In this document: piece by piece, positions 10,701 to 22,700 of the stretch
How the letters are laid out: every line of letters begins with the position of its first letter
How positions within the stretch are numbered: position 1 is the first letter of the stretch
Origin: Haliotis rufescens
Lineage: Eukaryota
Assembly: GCF_023055435.1 (NCBI RefSeq)
Contig: NW_025963779.1
Span: 85,126,001 to 85,190,000, forward strand
Length of the DNA stretch: 64,000 bases
Direction: 5' to 3'
Translations under genes and position numbers: made by a program
Notes under the pieces: generated by a model
What the model was told of the DNA's origin: nothing
Seen by the model: the letters and a program-made list of their open reading frames with translations, nothing else
Database searches by the model: none

Positions 10701-13700
10701 AGTCTCCATGCTAACAACAGGCAGTAGGTTAGAGGGGTTCACATAGTCTCCAAGTTAATGAAGCACGTGACACAGCGACACATTAGGTGTGTGGAAAGGG
10801 AACTGTGTTCAATCCCGGGTCTCTGCCCGCTGGATGGTACACTGGGTGGACCTGCTTGAAGTGGGTGTCATGCTGTCTTCAGGTGAATCGTCTTCGGACA
10901 AATAAACTGCATAATGCTGTTATGATGTTATTTGCATCCTGTGTACCGTTATGTTGTTCTGTCTCAGACTCTGGATGAGGTGCAGAAGACGGAGTTTGTG
11001 AAGAAGGTGAAGGAGTCGTCGGGAGAGCTGGGAAAGTCAGCCACAAAAGCAGCAGAGTCTATATCAAAGTCTGGGCAGCAGATCGGGAAGAGTGCAACTT
11101 TCAAATCTATCTCAGAGGTCAGTAATGTCCTGGTTGTCTTCCATTTGAACATATTTACTCAGATGCTACTTCTCTTTTGGGTACATTTCCAGCCCACCTG
11201 ATGCTCTCGTTCAAGTGAACTCACGGCATGATGTGTTGTCCATGTCTCTAGTGCTCACAGCCTTCCAAACTGATTTAAACATGGCCAACATGTGAATGTG
11301 ATTTTCCTATGTCAGTTGCTTTTCTCAATAGATTCCCTCCAAATTAGTAGGCTATTGGACAAGGATTTCGTGACGTGTACAGAAGGGTTCACAGTAATGG
11401 TAGCCTTGACTGTCTCCAGTTTGATGTGTCAGGAAGGATTTCGCTGGGTCTCGACTCGATCCTCTGTGACCTGTACAGAAGGGTTCACAGTGATGGTAGC
11501 CTTGACTGTCACCAGTTTGATGTGACAGGAAGGATTTCGCTGGGTCTTGACTCGATCCTCTGTGACCTGTACAGAAGGGTTCACAGTGATGGTAGCCTTG
11601 ACTGTCACCAGTTTGATGTGTCAGGAAGGATTTCGCTGGGTCTTGACTCGATCCTCTGTGACCTGTACAGAAGGGTTCACAGTGATGGTAGCCTTGACTG
11701 TCACCAGTTTGATGTGTCAGGAAGGATTTCGCTGGGTCTTGACTTGGCCCTCTGTGACCTGTACAGAAGGGTTCACAGTGATGGTAGCCTGACTGTCACC
11801 TGTTTGATGTGTCAGGAAGGATTTCGCTGGGTCTTGACTTGGCCCTCTGTGACCTGTACAGAAGGGTTCACAGTGATGGTAGCCTTGACTGTCACCAGTT
11901 TGATGTATAAGTTTATCAGGAAGGATTTTGGTGGGATGGGACATATGTTAACACAGCCTTTTACATGAGTAATATTTTCATCCTTTTTAGGGGGTTAAAG
12001 CTGTAAAAGAAGAGTTTGATGAGGCGACCCTGTCTCGGGCCAAACATTACAAGGCTCCAGGTTTGTGTTACATCTCAGATAGAGTACTAACCGTGGTTGG
12101 TTTCTGATTGGAAAAGCTAGTGAAATACTTTGGTCTCGTGTGTAAACTTGCATGTAATTTGTCTTTTGTCATTAGACTTGAAGACACTGTTACCTTGTCG
12201 CCTTAGTGTCCAGGGGCTTGACAGTAGATATTTGTCACATTGGCATGTTATATATAATGCGTAACTATTTATTTGTAATGTGACATCAGAAACTCTTAAC
12301 TGAACATTATTTTCTACATTATGGTAAAAGACTTCAGATATATCAAATGGTTTTGTAACTGTTATTTCTGTGAGTATATAATGAATTCAGTATGACTATT
12401 AGCATGACTCAGAAATATAAATGTTCATTTATGTCTGTTTATTTGATGAATGTTTGTTGAAACTATATGTCACTGTATTTAAAAAGAAGTACATTTCATA
12501 ATATTTTACCACAGACAAACTTCGGAAGCGGACAGAAGGAATGCCAGGAGTTCCAAAGGAAGAAAAGACAGTAGAAGCTAATGAGTATGTCATGTAGTAC
12601 GAGTATGTCATGTAGTACAGGGAGTTAACTGTCATATAGCATGTGTTGCAGGGAATTAACTTGAGTTTGTCACGTACCATGTGCCCATGTGTTCAAGAGA
12701 ATTAAGTGTTATGTACCTACATATTTTTGTTTATGCAGCTGTTTTTGTTCGCAGAGAAGCCACCGGAATGGTCTTACATAAAGATTCCAAGTGGTTTCAG
12801 AGTTGGCAGAACTTTAAAGATAACAATCCTTATGTACATAGTGAGTATATTGCTGAATTAAAAAGCCCAAGCATTTAAAAAGAGTTGTTACCAATATCTG
12901 GTAAGGATTGATTTCAAAGTAAGCCTTATGTCCTTATGACCAAACATTGGGAAAAATATGATAAATTCTGTTTGAAAAAGTGATGGTTTCTGATGACACC
13001 CTGTACTTTGGCTGTAATGAAATGTCAGTTACAATTTCTCTACTGAGATTTGTGTGCAGCCTATTTCTGGTGTTCCCCATCGTGATATTGCTGGAATATT
13101 GCTACAAGCGGCATAAAACCATACTCACTCACTCTACTGAGATTTAGACAGTACCAAATGCATGGTCTCAATAATCAGTGCAGGTCAGTTTGACCCTGCC
13201 GAATGTTGACAGTTAATAAATTGTACTCACTCACTCACTCATAATTTCTATTTTCAGAAATGTTTGATCTTAAAGTTAAGTATGATGAAAGTGACAATGC
13301 TATGGTGCGTGCAACTCGAGCTCTCACAGATAAAGTAGGATACTTGTTTGGTGAGTATCATTTTTATGTTTGGAAATGTTTCTCAGCTTTCCATCTGGTG
13401 CATGTTTGTTTTTCTGTTTATCAATTACATGAAAGAAATAGCCACTTCAGCCAGTTACTTCTATATTTCAGTTTATGAACATGGACAAAGGCTGTTAAAT
13501 GTGCATTTTACCATGAATTTTGTCAGTCAAAGGTACTATTTGACAATAAACACCTCTGATTGAAACAGTCGATTTGACAGCCGCATCACTGCGGAAGCAA
13601 ATATTTTTAGAATAGTACTTCTTTACAGTCATTGTCGGTAGGCATATTAAAATAATTATATGTACAATCATAGGCTTCAAAATGTATATCTCACTCTATG

Positions 13701-16700
13701 CCACTCTCCTTTCTTCCTTGATCCTATGTGGAAACATACTTAACAAAGTTTCCAGCTTCTAGAGAGCAATTCACCCGAACACATCCCAGTATCGCGATGG
13801 TTACCAAGAACTGGGCCTTGTATGTGATCCCGTGCACAGTGACCTTACACAACCTGATCACATGTCTATCTCTGCCACATCATTCTCTTTCACATCGCCT
13901 CAGGGCCTGAGAAGATCCGGGGTAGAATAATTCTTCAACGACCCATGTAAAAGGCAACTATGCTTGTCGTAAGAGGCGACTAACAGGATTGGGTGGTCAG
14001 GCTTGCTGACTTGGTTGATGCATGTCATCGATCCCAACTGCTTGGAACGATGCTCATGTTGTCAATCACTGGACTGTCTGGTCCAGACTCGATTACTTAC
14101 AGACCGCCACCATATAGCTGGAATATTGCTGAGTGCGGCGTTAAACAACAAACAAACACATCGCCTCAGTGTGAAGTCGTGTTTGTCTACAGAGGGAATT
14201 TAGTTGTTTTTCTTGTGTGGTGTTTATCAACTAGCTTTGCGGGTTCGATTCCCCACATAGGTACACTGTGGTTGGGTGACCAGACAGATGGATGAGTGAC
14301 AGATGGATGAGTGACCAGACAGATGGATGAGTGACCAGACAGATGGATGAGTGACCAGACAGAGGGATGAGTGACAGATGGATGAGTGACCAGACAGCTG
14401 GATGAGTGACCAGACAGCTGGATGAGTGACCAGACAGCTGGATGAGTGACCAGACAGATGGATGAGTGACCAGACAGATGGATGAGTGACCAGACAAATG
14501 GATGAGTGACCAGACAAATGGATGAGTGACCAGACAAATGGATGAGTGACAGATGGATGAGTGACCAGACAAATGGATGAGTGACCAGAAAGATGGATGA
14601 GTGACCAGACAAATGGATGAGTGACGGAACAGATGGATGAGTGACAGAGGGATGAGTGACCAGACAAATGGATGAGTGACCAGACAAATGGATGAGTGAC
14701 AGATGGATGAGTGACCAGACAAATGGATGAGTGACAGATGGATGAGTGACCAGACAGATGGATGAGTGACCAGACAGATGGATGAGTGACCAGACAGATG
14801 GATGAGTGACCAGACAAATGGATGAGTGACCAGACAGATGGATGAGTGACAGATGGATGAGTGACCAGAAAGATGGATGAGTGACCAGAAAGATGGATGA
14901 GTGACAGATGGATGGGTGACCAGACAAATGGATGAGTGACCAGACAGAGGGATGAGTGACCAGACAGATGGATGAGTGACAGATGGATGGGTGAGTGACC
15001 AGACAGATGGATGAGTGACCAGACAGATGGATGAGTGACAGATGGATGAGTGACCAGACAAATGGATGAGTGACAGATGGATGAGTGACCAGACAGATGG
15101 GTAAGTGACCAGACAGATGGATGAGTGACAGATGGATGAGTGACCAGACAGATGGATGAGTGACCAGACAGAGGGATGAGTGACCAGACAGAGGGATGAG
15201 TGACGGAACAGATGGATGAGTGACCAGACAAAGTGACCAGTCGAATGGATGAACAGCCAAGTTCTACCGAAGTAGATCAAACTGCTTATGACATTTACAC
15301 AAACTGGTCTTCTGTTCATTAGATAAATACTTTCAATACTAAAAATGCCATGTAGACACAGGCTGATTTCAATAGCCACGTTGGACTAACACGGGACAAC
15401 CCGTAGTGACTTCTAGCTTGCATTATTATTGTGTGGGAGTTTTTCATTACAGTTGTGTTTTGGACATAAACCAAGTGAGGTATGTCGTTAAACTGACGAG
15501 GTCTGTGTGTTGATGTTGCAGGTGGGGTGTTTTCTAAGACGGAGATGTCCGAAGTCCTCACAGAAGTTTGTAAGATTGATCCCTCCTTTGATAAAGAGAT
15601 GTTTGTGCGACTATGTGAAAAAGAAATTATTCCAAATGTATTAGAGGTGAGTTGGATAGTGATGGTAGTTGATTATAATATTTGATACCGAAATAATGAG
15701 ACTTGCTAGAATAGGAATTTATCTGTAGATTCTATCATTTGGTATTATCTGTGCAATTTGAGAATATAGTTTGATGATGATGTCAGAGATTGTTAATTAC
15801 AGAAGAGTCGTCATGGAAACATACTGAATTTAGATAAGACGTTGAATTGTGGTACTTTGATATGTGAGGATAAACAAATTCTACCCAAACTGTCAACCAT
15901 CTGCTTCTAAACTGAGGATAACCCAGTGGGGATTCTGGGTTAGAATAGATCCCCAGCATCCTGTGCTGGACGTGAATGGGGAAGAAATGGATCGGGTCGT
16001 CCGGCTTGGTGACTGGGTTGATAGCATGTCATCGTACCCTGACAGCATTATTTGTTTCTCACTTTCTCAATCACTGTATTGTCTGGTCCAGGCTTGAGTA
16101 CTTACAGACTGAGGATCTAGTGGATACAACATGTATGACCTTGGCAGATTGTGTGTCATTGCTTCATGCAGTTGACCATTGATGTGCCTGGAACAGATTG
16201 TGTCCTATACAGGCCACTAGGATACAGCTGGAATATTGCTGACTGTGGTGTTTTCACTTCACTTCCTACTGAGTATATTAAGGACATTCTATTGATGCAA
16301 TTGCAGGCCATGATACGAGGTGACCTTGAAGTCCTGAAAGACTGGTGCCATGAAGGGGTAGGTTGTCTGTCATTGTTGCAATCTTGTGGACATTCATGCT
16401 TGTCTCCCAGCGTGGATTCCCAGTACGGCACGTTTGTCATACAAGTTAAGGACTTTTTGATGGTTACAGTGTCATCTGGTTGATTGTGTGTCATCAGACC
16501 CATGCCTTGTGGATTGGCCATGCTGTGTAGACACCAGTTTGATTACGGCAAAAAACAACATTCAGAAACATTTACAGAAAGATAAAGTGTGTTTGTGTGA
16601 TATCATAGAAGGATGGAGTGTGTTTGTATGATGTTAGAGAAAGATGAAGTAAATTACATTAAGTAATACGTTACCACTGTTATACCGAGGCTGTTGTCTC

Positions 16701-19700
16701 CCACAACTGCTGCTATAGCGAAATCTACCACAGAGATCTCAATTACCTCATGCAGCACGTGCGTAGCCACCTAGCTGCCATGTGACACCCTTCACTCTTG
16801 TCTCCTTCGTCTGCTTAGCAAGACGTGTTTTCTCCTGCTGAAGCGTTCCTTGAAGATTTGGTGATATTTATTATAGTTTATTCTCTAATAAACTGTGCTT
16901 TTATGGGGCGTTGCGGTAGCTACGCTTGGTTATAATTTTCCCGGTCCTTTTTTCTATATACTTGCGGGGTTCGCGTATGCACGTTGTGTTTTACGTTTCC
17001 CCTGTTCTTGTATGTTTTGGGGGTTAACATAACTTATTTCTTTAATAAAAGTTATATGTGTATGTTATATGTTCACATTGCTCGTTTATTTTCTTGTGAA
17101 AATGTTCGTTTGTGAATCATTGTGGTGCGTGCGTTGTAACCATGTTTTGTTCTTTGTTTATAGCAAACAATCAATGTCTGACATGGATCTGTCCCCAGTA
17201 TCCACCCCCTCTACCCCTGCTCCTCGGAGTTATGGGGTGTGCAGAAAGTTTTTGTCGTCCCGGGATCCCCACGATCGTTGCCCGCGGTGCAGGGTTCCTT
17301 GCGGGGACGCCCGGTGCATCCTGTGTGAGGGTCTGGGGCCTGCGGATTTTGAGCGGTACCGGCTGTACGTACAGTCCGTCTCCACCCCTGTGGTGGCCGG
17401 TTCGTCCGGTCGGGGTCCCCGTGCGGGTACCACCTCCTCGGCTGCGGCGGATCCCCTTGCGGCCCTCGGGCTGTCTGGGGATTCCGTCGCCGCATTGTTG
17501 TCGAAACTTGTGGATTCCAAGCTGGCGGCCTTATCGCAAGATAGGCCGCTGGCTGTTCCGTCCCCGGCCTCTTCGGTGGCCGCGGGGTCGGACGCGGGGT
17601 CCACCGGTAAAGCGGCGGATCTCTTGGCGGCCCGTGTGCTGTCCGGGGATTCCGTCGCTGCATTACTTGCATAACTTGTGGACTCCAAGCTGGCGGCCTT
17701 ATCTCAGGATAGGCCGCTGGCTGTTCCGTCCCCGGCCACTTCGGTGGCCGCGGGGTCGGACGCGGGGTCCACCGGTACGGCGGCGGCTCCCGTGGTCACC
17801 GGTCCTTCCCCCGAACCGTTGCTCCCGCTATCGGTTTAGGACCGCGTGGCCATGGTTTATGACCTCTTTGAGGACATGCCCCGGCCGGTACCGCGGGGAA
17901 TCCACGACTGTGGGTTCCTCCGAGGTATGCGATGAGTCTTCCGACACGGCTTTCCCCGCATCAACCTTGCTGCGCGGTTTCAAGCCTTCCTTGGAGAACG
18001 CCTTCGCGGCGGCCTCCGGTCGGGGTCTCCCGTTGCCTCCGACGTCGTGGAGAAAGGGTTTATTCCCGGTACATGACCTTGCCTTTCCCGAGGCTGGTCC
18101 TACCGCGGAGGCCCATGTTGAGCGGTTGGGTGTCCGTGCCCCACCGGCTGCTACGGTAACGCAAGCTACCTTGCACCAGCTGGACGCCCTCGCTCGGCAC
18201 TCCATGTCTCACGGAGACACTTACTTGGCTGCAGCGGCCCGTCTGGTCGAAGGTTCTCCCACGGACCGTGACCAGCGCATTTACAACTGCCTGCTCAGTT
18301 TAAATGCTTCCCTGGAGTACGTTGCCGAGGACTCTCGGCACACACTTGCTCTTGTTGGGTCCCTGCATAGGCGCCTGGGTGCCGCTCCTAACCGGAGCGC
18401 GCCCCAGGCTGCTGCGGCCGGTAGGTCTAAGGGGTCGGGTTCTTCTTCCTCTGGGAAGTAGCCCCGCCCTGAGGGCTCCGGTATGGGCAATCAGCTGCCC
18501 TTTCGCGGGAAGACGGGGAACTGGGGGAAGCCCAAGTCGTCGACGGACGGCAAGGGCCCCTCCAGGTGACTCTCATTGGAGGGGTTCGTATGCCGACAGC
18601 GCCAACTTCGGTTGGCCCTTAGGCGAACCCGAGTCACTTGGCCCTGGACAGTTGCGCCTGTCGCAACCTGTCAGGGCCCCCTCTCCTTACCCAGTGGGAG
18701 CCAGACTCCAGACTTACTGGGAGAATTGGGAACAAGTGTTCGACGACCCGTGGGTGGTCAACACGATTCGGTACGGCTATCGGCTTGATCTCAAAGCGAA
18801 TCCGCCGCTCACCGTTGCCCCGTTGGCAGGTTTCGATTCGGAAACCGATCTTCCCATCCTCGCCGATGCCATCGGCAGGTTGGTGGAGAAGGGGCAGTAC
18901 GGGAGTTAGCTCTACCAGAAATAACACCGGGGTTTTACTCCAGGATATTTCTCGTTCCCAAGTAGGACAGTGCCGAACTCAGAATGATTCACACGTCCGC
19001 TCCCTGGCTGTTCACCCGGTTAACCACCCCCATAGTGGGGTTCCTCCACAGGAGGGGTGTCCGGTACTTCGCGTACCTGGACGACTCGCTAGTAGCAAAT
19101 CGAATGACGGACACCCTGTCACGCCATCTCGATTTCGCACGTCGGCTCTTGGAGCAATTTGGGTGGATTATCAATCTCCCCAAGAGCGAGTTAACCCCTT
19201 CTCAGAACTTGCTGTTCATCGGAGGTCGGTTCAACACGGTGTCCCATCGCCTCTTTGTCCCCCCAGACCGGTGGCACAAAATTCAGGCGATGATTGCCAA
19301 AGTCTTAGCGGTGCAACAGACTGTTCACTTTTGGGAACAGCTGTTAGGGCTACTTGTATCAGCCCAGGACTGCACCGCACGGGGTCGTCTCCAACTCCGC
19401 CCGCTGCAACGGTTTTTAATCCAGTTGTTAGCAACGGAGGTGAACAGTGCGACCGTCGCCCTCCCGGATCGGCTCCGACCGCATCTGGAGTGGTGGACGG
19501 TCCCTTACATTGTCTTATCAGGAGTCTCTATGCGGCCCTACCGGGCCACGTTGACCCTGTATACAGACGCCTCTCTAGTGGGCTGGGGCGCCCATCTAAA
19601 GGGGGAGGTGAGCTCGGGGCTGTGGTGCTTAGACGAACTAGGTCTTCACATCACTTGTCTCGAGTTCAAGGCAGTGATCAACGCAGTCAATCACTGGAAG

Positions 19701-22700
19701 CATCGTCTCGTCGACGCCCGGCTCATGCTGGCGACCGACAACACGACGGTAGTGTCCTATGTGAACAAACTGGGGGGAACCCACAGTCACTCGCTACTCG
19801 ATCTCACGTTCGAGTTTTACGCTCTGGTGGACAGTGTCCCGTGCCAGATACGCGCCCGTCACATCCCAGGTGTGCGGAACGTACTGGCCGATGCTCTATC
19901 GAGGCCTCAGGATCCGAGCCCCACAGAGTGGATGCTGAACCCAGTAGTGTTTCAGTGGCTGTGCGAACGTTTGGGTCGTCCGATGGTCGACCTGTTCGCA
20001 ACGCGGTTCAACAATCAACTCCCGTTGTTTGTATCACCAGTCCCGGTCCCGAGGGCCATCGATCACGATGCTCTCGCGTTAGACTGGACGGGCTTGGTCG
20101 CTTATGCTTACCCGCCGACAGCGTTGATACCACACATTCTAAGCCGGCTCCGAGGAGTTCGCTGTCGAATGTTACTGATCGCGCCCATGTGGCCGAACAG
20201 ATCGTGGTACCCCGACTTGCTGACCCAGGTCACGCAGTCGCCACTTCCACTGCCTGTGAGACTGGATCTCTTGATCCACCCTCACACCCGTCAGCTTCAT
20301 CCAAACGCAGGGCAGTTCAATCTGCACGCGTGGATGTTGTCACCGAGCGTCTGAGGAGTAAAGTTTTTTCTCGCCGGGCGTCTCGGGCATACGTTAGTAT
20401 GCATCGTGATTCTACCCAGAAGGTGTATAAAGCACGTTGGGTTATTTTCACGAAGTGGTGTTGTAAACATCACATTCATTCGCCAGATAAGGTATCTGTG
20501 CAGGATATTGCTCGTTTCATGTCTCACTTGCGAGAGACCCGGAAACTCTCCGGGGGTTCCATTGCCAACTATGTCTCGTCCGTTGCTACGGTACGGGACG
20601 TTGCTATGGGTACCAGTCTCTCCAAAGAGCCGGTGATACGGGGTATTATCAAGGGTTTCAAACAGCACGATCTTAAGAAGGGCCGCCTTCGGGCACCGGC
20701 CTGGGATCTTTCCCTAGTGTTGCAATCACTTACGGAAGCTCCGTATGAACCCTTGCATAGTGCTTCGTTCCGGCATGTGACTTGGAAAACAGCATTTCTC
20801 CTCTCCTTTGCCACGGCGGCACGTGTATCCGAAATTCATGCACTCGATGTCGCCAAGGTACGATTCGATAGGGGTGACGAAGGAGCGGTCCGCCTGGGCC
20901 TGCTCATGGGCTTCGTCGCCAAGAATCAGAGAGTCGGGCAAACGGAGAGAGAATTCACTGTAAGATCACTCAAAGAAATCTTACATCCTGCTGATACTGA
21001 GGACAGAGCGCTGTGTCCGGTTAGGGCCCTTAAGTATTATCTTAAGGCTTCGAATGAACGTAGACAAGGGCGTGACCGTCTGTTCATATCGTGTAACCCT
21101 AATCGCACGGTTGACATAACTCGCAACTCGATTGCGTTGTGGCTTCGTTCTGTCATCAATCTGGCGTACCGGTCTCGGGGGTTACCGGTAGCGGGGTCAA
21201 ACCCGCACGAGATCAGGGCGCTAGCGGCAACATTTGCCCTACACTCGAATATCTCTGTTCGCAGAATATTACGAGGTTGTTACTGGCGTTCTGACTCGGT
21301 TTTTGCCAATCATTACCTCAAACAGGTCGCTGATGCCGTCGTGGAGAGTGTGCACCGTCTTGGCCCGCGGTTCGCGGCGCAAGCGGGCACCTAAGGGGTG
21401 TGCCCAGCGCAATTCCGAACTCCTCAGGCGTCTGACCTTGCACGGTGGTCAATCTGGGTCGACTCCAATGTTCCCACTGCCGTGGGTACAGGAGTTGGGG
21501 TCCCGCAAACCAGCGCACTCACACCACAGGTGAGGGCGGCTTTTTGTGTGCTTTGTCCTTATTTGTATTTTGACAATTATGTATTTAATTGTCTGTCGTG
21601 TATCCCAACCTTGTGATGCATGCTTACAAATACTGGAATTAGGTCACGCGCCTAATGCATACTTTAAGTAGGCTTGCTCTGGGATATACGGTCTGAATGA
21701 AATTAATTTCCCTCTTTTCGACTGTTTAACCTGATCTAAGATTAAGCTCACGCGGATACAGTGTTCTCATCCGCTGCGGCGATGAAATACCTATCCAGTG
21801 GGGCCGTTTGGAGTCACCAATCGTTTTGGCAATGACGATTGAGCCTTACGGTATGCGCTTGACAGTGCTTTGGTATTCCTATAGGGTAACGCCTAGCTAG
21901 GTGCATGCGCATCGAGTGCTTCCGCCTTGGTGTTTACTTCCGCTGGTCGGAAGGAACGCTAGCAGTCAGGATTCGGGTTGTAGGTGCTCCCCACCGCCTA
22001 CTGTGGTAGTCAGCCTCGGTATAACAGTGGTAACGTATTACTTAATGTAATTTGTAGAATTTTCCTATTCGGAATATTCTATAAGTAATACGTTACCACT
22101 GGGCTGCTGCCCGCCCGTCCGTCCCCCGAGCACTTGCTCTCGCAGGAGACAAGAGTGAAGGGTGTCACATGGCAGCTAGGTGGCTACGCACGTGCTGCAT
22201 GAGGTAATTGAGATCTCTGTGGTAGATTTCGCTATAGCAGCAGTTGTGGGAGACAACAGCCTCGGTATAACAGTGGTAACGTATTACTTATAGAATATTC
22301 CGAATAGGAAAATTCTACAAATTTGTTTGACATTACAGAAAGAATAGTGTTTGTATGATGTTACAGAAAGATTAATAACAGTACAATATATTTCAATCTA
22401 ATTGTAAAGAAGTACAATATATTTCAATCTTATTGAAAAGAAACAGACCAATCCTACCAACCAAGTCATCATCTGAGAAGTTTTCTCTTTCATTCGCTGC
22501 TGTGATTTGATAGTCCAAACTAGTACTATTCTACCATTAAGCAGAAGTGTTAATCTGGATTAAAGATATAGTTTTATTTATAGATATATACTTTTATGTT
22601 NNNNNNNNNNNNNNNNNNNNNNNNNNNNNNNNNNNNNNNNNNNNNNNNNNNNNNNNNNNNNNNNNNNNNNNNNNNNNNNNNNNNNNNNNNNNNNNNNNNN

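Larger units (their letters stand above)
16651..22323 (+). mobile_element. DIRS1-type tyrosine-recombinase retrotransposon, complete termini, RT-defective, sense orientation in TIMM44 intron 12
   Basis: ITRs 16660-16806 and 22144-22290, right extension to 22323, internal complementary region 22011-22101, and gag, RT/RNase H/MT and YR coding regions. Confidence 0.97.

Noticed and set aside
7818-15379. Long ORFs over the 32-, 96- and 20-bp arrays
   Set aside because: They are translations of stop-free tandem repeats inside TIMM44 introns, open in several frames.
18638-21394. 918-aa ORF as a single novel protein from its listed start
   Set aside because: It is DIRS ORF3. Its 5' part crosses a frameshift and a deletion, so the listed start is probably artefactual.
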